This document shows positions 50,304 to 61,968 of a DNA stretch of 64,000 nucleotides, in pieces. A program made the translations under genes and the position numbers. The number at the start of each line of letters is the position of its first letter. Position 1 is the stretch's first letter. Source of the DNA: Albugo candida (taxonomy: Eukaryota); the NCBI GenBank assembly GCA_040437565.1, contig JBDOQK010000022.1, positions 62,001 through 126,000 of the forward strand, given 5' to 3'. The notes beneath the pieces are model-generated. The model saw only the letters and a program-made list of their open reading frames with translations, was not told where the DNA came from and did not search any database.

Positions 50304-50749
50304 ATATCAATACATACTTCCTGCCTAGGAACTAACTGGTGTAAAAGTACCTTTGCTTCGTCCACCGCAAAATTTATGCAGTAACCATAGACATAGGAAT
50401 CCGGGACTTCGTGCCACTTCACTACTTAATTAGTAAGTGAAAAGAAATCATTCTGTTGAATATGTAGATATCAGTTTAGGTGCCTTCTCAAATGTCTAGG
50501 GTATGTAAAGAAAACAGAAATACATACATAACGATATAGAGGAACCCTGTAAACATTGATACCGTGTCTTACTGCTGACAATTCTTGATTGGTAACCTCA
50601 CACGGAACCGATACGAGACTGAATCCAGCTTCTAATTTATGTAGATTGACAAAAGAACCGTTTTTTTGCAAATCGGAATTCGCCACGCAAGACAAAACAT
50701 AGCTACCTAGCTAGAGCTAAGAACGGATTTTCACTTGCGATTACTTCTA

Positions 50750-52174
50750 CTTGGCGTTGCTGGACCCGCAGCAATGATCGTCGTCTCCTTCAAGAGCCAC
50801 CGAATGCTCCTTATTTGGCGAGTTGATTCAGCACCCTTAAAACTTGAATGCGCTTGTCTTAATTGTATCACTGCCTACAAAAATACCGAATTTTCGCAAT
50901 ATCCACCATCAACTACGAAAATTCCAGCACCATTCGTGAATTATTAAGGACGATTCTGATCCGTCCAGACAAATTGCCGGGTTACTCCCTGTAGTGTAAT
51001 TCATAAGGCGTATAAAATCTGCTCATAGCCCTTCGATTCCGTGCGTATTTTCCGCATCATTCCACATGCAAAGTATTCTCAACGAGGCGGGAGAAATAGA
51101 ATTGATGCCGAGTCGGAGGTCGCTACCACCATGGTTTTTGCCGAATGTTCGTATTCAAAAATGCGCTAAAGTTCTAGTTCGACGCTCTTATTTATGCTGA
51201 TTGCAAGATAGAGTATGGCGTGACTTATTCCAAAACCACAACTGAGATGCAACTGGTAGCATCCCAAGAACAGACCAGATTTGATATCTTCATAACTCAG
51301 TAAAACGTGTTTCCGACGAATGTCGTAATATAGCCGCATACATTCTCACCTATTCTCTATCTGTTGCATCTGATCTATTTTGCAATGACGTACATATCAA
51401 AATGAGCTGGCTCTTATTTGCTTCTGAAAGTTTTCAACGATTCGTGCCATAAATGGCTTGTCTTCTATAGTTTTGTACTTCTGCATAAAGCGACATTCAT
51501 ATAGATAAACGTGACGAGAACAATCGTCGAGTAGATGCACTCCAGTAGTCGAGTGACTATAGTACTTCTCTTTAGCGATATAGAATGCATATTGTTTTAA
51601 ATATGTTCCACAACCTCTGAAATGTGCCAGACATCACATCTCAAAGGCTGCACGCAAACATTTTCCGAAATTTCGATGTGTTTCATCCGTCATATTAAAG
51701 TTGCACCACTCATTTGTGTTCGTGTATTACGAACAGAAGCTTAAGAATGGAGATCTTAGTTGAAGTGGAACTCATCCGTCGATCAATGTACTGATGGCGC
51801 TGCAAAACATTTAGCCCTGAAATTGCAATGCTCCAATCCCTCTCGTGCCACATTTGAATGGCTCTCTCCGCTAGAAAATATGCTCTCGAATCGCAACATT
51901 TTCCTATGGCGATGTGGTGTGATGGTAAATATGTCCATCGTCTTGTCTAATGGAAGGTTGAATGGAGTGTTTCAATTATCTTAAAGGATGTGGCAACGTG
52001 CATTAATAATTGTGAAGCATCTGATGCAGACTGTTTTAAAGATTGAATACGTTGGAGATTTAGTCGGGTCACCAAGCGAATTTGTAGTTCACCACTGTGT
52101 CTGTGTAGAAAGGTATTTTTTAGACGTGAACATGCTGAGATTTTTAGTATATTTTTGACCAGACACAATTTCAT
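50750..52174 (-). pseudogene. Possible minus-strand relic of the secreted family (C2)
   Basis: ORF 52174-51947 contains LQIRLVTRLNLQRIQ..LLMHVATSFKII, resembling A4 LHTRLLNRAGSERIT..IECTITISWRA; nucleotide paralogy with 11400-13062. Confidence 0.35.
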
Positions 52175-53099
52175 TTTGCATTGCTTTCCACTGTCGAACG
52201 GTGTCTAATGGTGTTCAAGAGAGGAGGTAATGCCGCAAACAAGATAAAATATTCATTCGTGCAGCCAAAAGTCGAAAGCGGAGAGGATACGCACGTGACA
52301 ACCAGAATTTATACGCATCACAAAAACTCTCGAAAATCCAATAACATCAATGAAGGAGTCAGTTATGGCTGAACGAATGATTAACTAGTTGACCGAGTCC
52401 TTGAACCTCATTAAAGTTGAATTGGGAATGCGAGCATGCGACATGCTCCGACACATCGAGAACTGGATGATTTGCTCAAGTTGAGTTTCGGAATAGCTTC
52501 TCGTACCAGTGTTTGATGATTTCGAGCTGGGCTAGACTTCTTTACTTCTCTAGAGAGCAGAGAATAATCGTCTACAAAATAGAAAACGTGAACAGTGGTA
52601 ACTTTTGACGAAGTGTCATGTTATTCATGTTACTCGTTTCGGCGTAGTAAATTTTGAAGGACTCGATCGTCATCAGAAAAAGTAATGGTAAGAGCGGATC
52701 GCCATGGTATTCAACCTATTACTGGACTGCACGGTCCGATAGTGTTTTATAGCATTGATTGGGCCCTCGTGTTCGTACGCAAAACACAAGCCCGGGCGAA
52801 GAGCGCTGCAAACGTTTGTTTTTCAAAATGCGGAAAAACTACGTTCAACTGACTCGGTCGGAAGATTTTTTAATTTTCAATATAGTCGCATGCGCTTCCT
52901 CATCATGTCGAAATGAACACTTCATGTATGATTAATTTCACATCATCACAAAGCAAAGAGATCAGTCTGCAATTGCCAGGGTCAAATTGCGATCATCCTT
53001 TGTATAGCAAGGTGGCTGCCGAGTGTTGTTGTGTACGTTAGGTACCGCTTACCATCTTATTCCAAAAAAGATCGACAGACGCGCAGCAAAAGTTTCAGA

Positions 53100-56050
53100 A
53101 TGAGGCTGATAAAGTTGCTAATTAAATCCATACTTGGAGGCAAGTAATGTACATGCGGTTGATCGCTTGTGTTATATACGAGCTCAGTGACGGTCATGTG
53201 ATTCTTATTCGACTAAAACGTTGAATATAAGGGATCGTTTCTTTCATGCCTCTGACATGGATCACCTGAGGAAGATATTGATAGAAGCAATCAAAACACC
53301 TCAAGGATACCTAAATCTTCAAACCTTCCCTGGCCTCGATTTCACGGTTCCACATTTGTTGGATACATTCTGATTGGCACCAGACGACAAGAACTATGCG
53401 CAGGGAGAAGAAATGCTTTTAGGGTCTCACGTTTCAGTTTGTGGGATGCAAGAGGTTCTCATCATGGCTGAATAGCGCGCTGTTTTTGACCGACATCCGA
53501 CATATCAAAAGACTTGGTTCGAAGATATGCCGCGATAGGTTGCTTCCTGGGAAGCTGTAGTGAGCTGCTGCGGCTTCCAATCAAAATGAGAGGACTCAAC
53601 ATCAAATGGAAATCTTGTTCAGCCTTTTTCATTTTTTCCTGCAGCCGTTTCTTGACTTCTTATTAGATTCCAACTTGGCCATTAATTATGGAACACCAAA
53701 GTTGATTACAATTTGTTTGCTTCGACAGCTAAAAATGTAATCAAGTAGTCGTATCACGCAATGGCAATGTCCTCTTCTAGGGTGGTGACGCGAACTTAAA
53801 TTATGCAGTTTCGTGCGAGACATTTCCTTGCATTTCTGATCCGAAAGATCTAATTTCTGTATACCAACTTGTGTAAATCTTGACATGAAAATGTAATCCA
53901 GACGCTCTTTGCGCGATGAAGATCCTGTATATACCTGTTCAATTGGATGTTGCATTATTAAGCGTTTACTACACCCAGTTCTGGTAGTGACGACAAACTC
54001 GCTTGTTAACTGAAATCGAAACGAAATACCCGGTGTACGTGGCTATCTGAGGCGGTTATAAGTCGTTGGTGAGACATTGCTTGTATATAAGCACTATTTT
54101 GTCTCTTTTATAAGTGCTTCTACATTTTTAGTATTCACCAGTGTATTTAAAAGGAGAAGACGCAAAACTCATCAGCGATAGCGAAGACCTCTGTCGGCGC
54201 GCCTACCAGCTGCGGATCACGGCGAAACCCTGAAGAATTATACCGCGACTACAAATTTTGAGCTGGATGTTGATAGTATTAGGTGATGTACTTGAGACAA
54301 TTTTGTGCTTTATTCTTGACCGTATTTACAATGAAGTGATTCCAGTTGAATGCGACCATGAAACTTGGTACCCTGTATAAAACTAGTCAAGTTCAGTGAT
54401 GGATTTAGCAACAAATTAGACGGTTAGTCTTATGAAGTGCATTGATATGCACTTTGTGCAGTGATTGGTGAGGGTTCATTCATGTTGAGGTAATCGAGGA
54501 GACCTAAAACATTCCAGGTAAATGGCGACATTTTGGCTGAGCTGATGGGAAGTTTTATGTCACCTCTGCTTGTGTATATCTCATTGATCTCAAATCGTTA
54601 TTGTAGCGGTTGGAAAGAATTGGATTTATGAAGATGAGGAAGGTAAATGAGGTCTTCACATAATTCATATTGCCAGCGATAGAATTGCCAATTCCTCAAT
54701 ATCCAAAACCTAAGTATTGATTGAGAGAGTCGTGCTCGAGGCCTTTCATGAATACCTAATCGAGCTTTACATTTACGTGACGATAGATCAGATAGTTCGA
54801 AAGTCACCTTAAACCTTCTTGAAATTGAACATTGAGCGTTGTTGTTTACCCCGTATAGTAGAAGGCAGTAAAAAAATGCTTCTCGATATTGTTGTGGAGC
54901 TCACTGCTTCACTTCTCTTCAGATTACTGCGAGAAACCTTTGCGCCTTGTTATGTTTTTTTGAAAGAAGAAAACCAAACCGTGAGTGAAAGTGCTCAAGG
55001 AGTAAACTGTTGGGATTTCGGTGAGGTGGTATCGCGTGGAGTCTTCAGCTAAAATAATCTCAATCTGAGTTTTTATTCTACACTCCCACCACTACATTTA
55101 AATATTGTACCAAAGCTTTGAATTTCGCAGATGGCACTACGGCTGCTTTTTAAGCAGCTCTTGATTTTGCTGCGAGCCACGCTGACCCAAAACTTGGTCA
55201 TTCCAATAGGATCGCATCATTCGTTCCCCTGACAGGGTAATTGTCTCGCATTTCAAGTTGTTCACATAGCTTGGGTAATCTGACCAAATAGTTAGGGATC
55301 GTAGGAGCGGAAAGAAGTTTCCACGTGTGGTCTCAAATTTTTTTCTCTAAATAGATTTTCCGAATTGTTAAACTATAACAATTTCCATTTGCATGCATAC
55401 ATAGTTCTATATGTATGCATGCAACCAATCAGAAAGTTGAACCAGAACTCTTTAATTAGAAAAATATCACTTTGAAATTAGAATCCTAGGCCATGAAGGG
55501 AACGTAAGATATGGATTAGATATTAGAAATCATTAAAGTAGATAACATCCAGGAAGTATGTGGATTCAAAAAAAAAATCGTATATTCAAAAACGGTAGCG
55601 CCCGAAGAAGGGTTGAGGCTGGCACTATAACGGTTGATGTGCATTTCGCGTTGAACCCTTCACCGAGACCTGCAATTTTTAGCCCAGAGCGATTTATCGA
55701 CCTCTCTGCAGGCTTCAACTACTGGCCTGCCATGATCTTCAAAATGGAAGAGCAAACTGTTCCCATTATACTTGCAGGTCTATTCTCAAATCGGTTCTAA
55801 AATCATAACAAACGTGGCCTTCGAGATCTTCCATGACTTCACTGACTTCAAATTTGTAAACAATAAAGGCCACTCCGTGAGCCGCATTTTATTTTCAGCT
55901 AGTCGCAGGATTGGCCTAAAATTAGGAGATTTTGGCTTTGTGAGTTTCGCGCGATACTGCACTTTCGCACGAGCCTTAGACTTCTGGGACTTTAGAAGAT
56001 CCATCAAGTCGGCTTTTCTCCATGTGTAGCATTCTAAAAGCCTTGTCAAA
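53100..56050 (-). mobile_element. Decayed non-LTR retrotransposon (ORF1 plus endonuclease remnant)
   Basis: ORF1-like segment at 55786-56049, followed downstream by KERLDYIF (AP-endonuclease SRIDY-type motif) near 53900; boundaries uncertain. Confidence 0.45.
55389..55424. repeat. Perfect 15-bp inverted repeat with 6-bp spacer
   Basis: TTGCATGCATACATA-gttcta-TATGTATGCATGCAA, followed by CCAATCAG. Confidence 0.8.
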
Positions 56051-58006
56051 AACTGTGGGGGTTGGAAATCACAGCCTAAGGATGAAGAAGGACAACATTC
56101 ACGTTTGACAAAGCCTTTCAGATATTATATTTGATATCTGCAAATTCGTAGATTTTCATTTTCCGGATCTGTGGCTTTGTTTCGCGACCATTTCTATCAC
56201 CATGAGCAGCTAAGGCTTGTAATGGTTCTCGTATATGCGGAAAATTTGACAGCTGTTCAGCAATGTTTTGTTATCAATTACCCTTCTACGTCAGAAATGT
56301 CGGGATTGCCAGCTTCATTGCGATACGGCAGCGACCGTAACAGCATGCTTCATACGACTTATTCTGGATCAGGTAGGTTCTTACAAGCATTGAGTACGTC
56401 CTTAATTTCATAGCAACCTGCTATCCATACGTATCTAACCTCACTTTCACACATTTCTAATGATTAAAGTACTGCGTCATCCTTCTCCAGCATACCTTTT
56501 AGTGTGTGTTCGTGTCCTTCCAACCGTTTTACCTACTCAACTTTATCTCCGTCCGAATGATTTTTCCCGACTATTTATCAATGCTATGCGGCAGCTTCTT
56601 CCATGTCGATATTTGGTCTACTATGATGAACGGCTTTCTCAGAAATCCATCAAGCTACAGATATGGATGAAGCTTGCATCTACCTCTCGAACTTGCAGAA
56701 GGTGATTCTATTCACAGTTTTGCAAAGTGCTTCGTTTCGTGTATCGCGCTGAATGAAAACAGCCCGACATCGATCAGGGAACATGAAAGCGGTACTCATT
56801 ATTCGGAAGTGTACGAGGCACGCATTCTTGTAGGAGATCGTAAATAAAGAGTGATGCCGCATATATTGATACCAAGAGAATCTACCTCGTCAGTTAGTAT
56901 CAACGCTGAACAAGACACTCTCTCGATTCTGGCAATTTTGCTCTTGACTTTGGGACAGATAGGATCAAATGAGAGCAAGAAGCTTAATCGCCCAATCCAC
57001 GAAAAACAATTAGAAACGCCTCCGAACTTTTTGTCTCGCAGTGCTGAGTGGTACATTGTGAACGTGAAGCGAATGGGTGAAAAATAAGAACTATATACCG
57101 TTTGATCGTACTTTTCTATGCCGTCGCGACACTATAGGAAATTCGTTCTGAAGGCAATGCGACGTCCTCTACAATCATGTCTTTGACAACGCGAGGCGGA
57201 CCAACATTTGCTATCACAATAAATGTATGAATTAGATGGTGTTCCACCAATAAAAATGCGTTAAGGTTTTGCTGTCGAGGAATTTAATTCAACCAGAGGT
57301 AATACTTGACCCAGAAGCGAGCATATCCGTCCTAGTGAGCAAGCAAGTTAAGTGGGTCGTGCTGTATCTTTTCGAGCGATACCTTCGGCAAAAAATCTCG
57401 AAGAACATCAAGATCATCAGCATGTTGCATCTTCTCTATTCCTACAATATCTTTTATCCTAATTGCACGCATATCAGGCTAATTTGAAAGCTACGGCCGA
57501 ATGCACTGCGTTCAGAAAACAACAGTTTGGAGCAGTAATACAATGCTCAATACAGATTGATCGATAAATTGTTATGTAATGCATGTGAGCGATCAAAAAA
57601 ATCTAAGAATTGCTTACTGCGCAGTCACATACAAGTTGGATGTACCAGATACTAAGAAAAAACGTGCTGGTCTCGCCAAGGTTTCCTCTAATGTTAAGTG
57701 GTGCTAAAGCAGCAGTTTAAAAATGTATTCCCTGAGCACGTGACGAATCGGTCAAGGCATACGTTTGAAATGGCATGTAAACAAACCTGATCCAGCTGAG
57801 TGAAAAAAGGATATGGGTTGCTCCAGTTTGATGTGCTTCATCAGAAAGCTGCGAGCGCCGTGGACAAATAAATGAATGGTTTCCATGGATACTAGATTAT
57901 CCAGGTACATGATCTGACAAGTTTGCGAAATGTGTACCTGTTCGTTCGGTACAATTGACCTAAATTGACTTGATATTTGCTCAGTGAGCACACCATCGGT
58001 CCGGTT

Positions 58007-60478
58007 TCAGCAAAAATGGCTCAGGAGATGATCGACGTAGTATACCCTACATTCCACCCTAAGGGCTGTAATAAAAACCAGCAAACTATCAATCATTCTA
58101 TCGCTACCTTAAGCAAACAGTCACGGATTTTCTTGTCCCAGAACCCAACTATTGAATCGCAAATCGTCACAAAAGTGATACATACTTATTATATGCTAGG
58201 GGGTACATATAGTATTCGAGAATCTATAGTCAGAAATCTGACTAGCTAGATTTTTTAGCTACCAGATTCGCAAGGGTATTTAGTAATTGAAAATTCCTGT
58301 AAATGAATCACGATTGGTTGACCAAAAAGGTTGCACAATATGAATGGCTATAATACTTCATTAAAATCTCCCTCGGTTTTCCCTAAACTCACCCCATGCA
58401 TTTTTTTAGCCAATCATATTTCATATTTTCAATTGGTCATTTTTGATATTATTAGCCAATCACTCTTAATCGTTTTAACCGATCACGAACAGCAACGTCA
58501 AAATCGACCGTCAATCATCTACCTTCCTGCAAAATGTCTATCACAAGCCTCCTCGACTTCACGTGGATCTCTCGAGAGGATGGTGAACAAGCAATCAGAG
58601 CTGCGGCACTCTCGGACGGCTTTCCAGTGAAAGTTGCACGATCCAGAAAAGTCGGAAACCGTCCTGAGAACGAAGTGCGAGTGAAAGTTTTCAAGTGCGA
58701 GCATGCTGGTAGTCATCACGACCTAGATCGCCCCGAAAACGCACGGAAACGAAGCCATAAATTCTCTCACTCCTTTCCAAGTCACCTTAAGGCGCAGGGA
58801 GCCAGGGGCTTGGCAGTTGAAGATAGATAATAGTACTCATAACCATGACCTTGTGCACCTCAGTGCATATTCCTCGGTGCGCAGGCTTGGAAATACTGCA
58901 CGTCAGCAGATAGCTTCACTTCACAATGCTGCTGTCCCTCCCAGAACAATCTTATCAATGCTACAATCAAATGATCAATCCTTCTGTGCTACAGCCAGAT
59001 GTTGATAACATCACCCAATCTTTACGTATGGAGGATTTGCTGGGCGAACACCTTTAAGAGCTAGCTTTACTTGATAAATTGTTGCTAAGTCCCCATCCAG
59101 AGTTACATTGTGCGCGAAGAAATGACACAAATCAACTGACTGCTCTTATGGTTATCCCTAACCCCAGTACAGAAATTAGCGAGCATATTTGTNNNNNNNN
59201 NNNNNNNNNNNNNNNNNNNNNNNNNNNNNNNNNNNNNNNNNNNNNNNNNNNNNNNNNNNNNNNNNNNNNNNNNNNNNNNNNNNNNNNNNNNNTCAGCAAA
59301 AATGGCTCAGGAGATGATCGACGTAGTATACCCTACATTCCACCCTAAGGGCTGTAATAAAAACCAGCAAACTATCAATCATTCTATCGCTACCTTAAGC
59401 AAACAGTCACGGATTTTCTTGTCCCAGAACCCAACTATTGAATCGCAAATCGTCACAAAAGTGATACATACTTATTATATGCTAGGGGGTACATATAGTA
59501 TTCGAGAATCTATAGTCAGAAATCTGACTAGCTAGATTTTTTAGCTACCAGATTCGCAAGGGTATTTAGTAATTGAAAATTCCTGTAAATGAATCACGAT
59601 TGGTTGACCAAAAAGGTTGCACAATATGAATGGCTATAATACTTCATTAAAATCTCCCTCGGTTTTCCCTAAACTCACCCCATGCATTTTTTTAGCCAAT
59701 CATATTTCATATTTTCAATTGGTCATTTTTGATATTATTAGCCAATCACTCTTAATCGTTTTAACCGATCACGAACAGCAACGTCAAAATCGACCGTCAA
59801 TCATCTACCTTCCTGCAAAATGTCTATCACAAGCCTCCTCGACTTCACGTGGATCTCTCGAGAGGATGGTGAACAAGCAATCAGAGCTGCGGCACTCTCG
59901 GACGGCTTTCCAGTGAAAGTTGCACGATCCAGAAAAGTCGGAAACCGTCCTGAGAACGAAGTGCGAGTGAAAGTTTTCAAGTGCGAGCATGCTGGTAGTC
60001 ATCACGACCTAGATCGCCCCGAAAACGCACGGAAACGAAGCCATAAATTCTCTCACTCCTTTCCAAGTCACCTTAAGGCGCAGGGAGCCAGGGGCTTGGC
60101 AGTTGAAGATAGATAATAGTACTCATAACCATGACCTTGTGCACCTCAGTGCATATTCCTCGGTGCGCAGGCTTGGAAATACTGCACGTCAGCAGATAGC
60201 TTCACTTCACAATGCTGCTGTCCCTCCCAGAACAATCTTATCAATGCTACAATCAAATGATCAATCCTTCTGTGCTACAGCCAGATGTTGATAACATCAC
60301 CCAATCTTTACGTATGGAGGATTTGCTGGGCGAACACCTTTAAGAGCTAGCTTTACTTGATAAATTGTTGCTAAGTCCCCATCCAGAGTTACATTGTGCG
60401 CGAAGAAATGACACAAATCAACTGACTGCTCTTATGGTTATCCCTAACCCCAGTACAGAAATTAGCGAGCATATTTGT
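58007..60478. repeat. Gap-flanking duplication: 58007-59192 = 59293-60478 (offset 1286)
   Basis: Apparently identical sequence around gap 59193-59292. Confidence 0.9.
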
Positions 60479-61929
60479 GCAAACAAAATCTGTATTCTAG
60501 ACTGCACATACAAGACTACCCTTTTTAACTTGCCTATGTTGCATGGTGTAGGGATTGCATCAAGCAATGTTTCCTTTACCCTATTTTATTGTTTCTTGAC
60601 AGGAAAAAGAGAGCAGGATTACAAATGGCATTACGTTCTTTTCAGTCAATTTTTCATTCAAATACATTTGAAAACTTGGTGTTTATCACGAATCGGGAAC
60701 TTGCGCTCATGAACGCCCTTGGGACTGTAAGCCCAAATTTGATCTGGAAATGACACATCTGGACTAATTTGGTTGCTAATTTACAAAAAAACCATATCGA
60801 AATATTCAAAGCTGGGACACGTTTCGTCAGATTGGAGGAAGCTAATGGAATTACCAAACTTGGAGAATTACAAAACAAATCTAGAAAAAATGCACGATTT
60901 ATACTCGCCACAGATCATGCACTATCTCGACCCAACATGTTTAGCATACAAAGAGAAGGTTCGTGTTGGTATCCTATTTTCATCATTATCAATCTGCCAT
61001 CCTGACTGAATCTTGATTCATCTTTTGTAGTTTTTTTCTGTATGAACCATCCATGTAAGGCAAATTGGTCAAACTTCTAGCTCACGAGCAGAAGGGATGC
61101 ATGCAACATTAAAGAAATACATCGGTAAAAGCTCAGGGGATTTGCTGAATGTTTACAATAGGATCAGGCTTTCTTGTGCAAATCAATTCAAGAAAATTCA
61201 GAATACCAATGCAATTCAATCCATCTGCGTGGACACAATAACATTTGAAAATCGAATGTGGCATGGAGTTCGACGAGTAGTATCAAAGCATGCATTGAAT
61301 GTAGCCCGCAAACAGTATCAATTAGCCCGCAACAACAATAGCGAATTACCAAAGACCACTTGCACCGGTGTAGATCAGCATACCCTGGGCACACCATGTG
61401 GACATAAATTTAATCAGCTAATTCAACACAACACACCACTTGCAAAACAAGACTTTGACTCACAATGGTGGCTCAAGCAGGAAACCCCCTTCAACCTATC
61501 ATTGCCAATCTACAACATCGATCAAGAAAGACAGGAAATTTTTGACTTGCTAGCTTTGGAGCTACCTCATCGGCAATTCCACATTTACAATTCAATCTGC
61601 GAACAATTAAAACACAAAACAGCAATCCAAGACCCTCCGACAATCAGGGGAAGAGGCAGGCCATCAGGTTCACGCAATCATTCAGCACAAAGAGATCCTT
61701 CATCTTTTGAATATGTCCAGGCAGACTTCTACTCCACAAAGGCGTCGTTTTCCCAGATGCAGTTTTTGTCAAGCAACAGGACATAATGCCAGGAGTTGCA
61801 GGTTGCGTCCTGCATCAAGTTCCACTTTTAATCAGTCAAAAATGACTAATTGAAATAATGAAATATGATTGGCTAAATAAATGCATGCGGTGACTTTAGG
61901 AAAAAGCGAGGGTGAGTTTAGGAATTCCC
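59649..61929 (+). mobile_element. FAR1-type MULE with TIRs and near-perfect TSD; transposase disrupted
   Basis: ILDCTYKTTLFNLPMLH, ITNRELALMNA, SSRAEGMHATLK, GRGRPSGS; ~85-bp TIRs (59655-59735 / 61835-61929); TACTTCATT (59640-59648) and TACTTCATA (61930-61938) flank it. Confidence 0.9.
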
Positions 61930-61968
61930 TACTTCATAAAGTGACAACACGTGCCAAAATATCATAAC

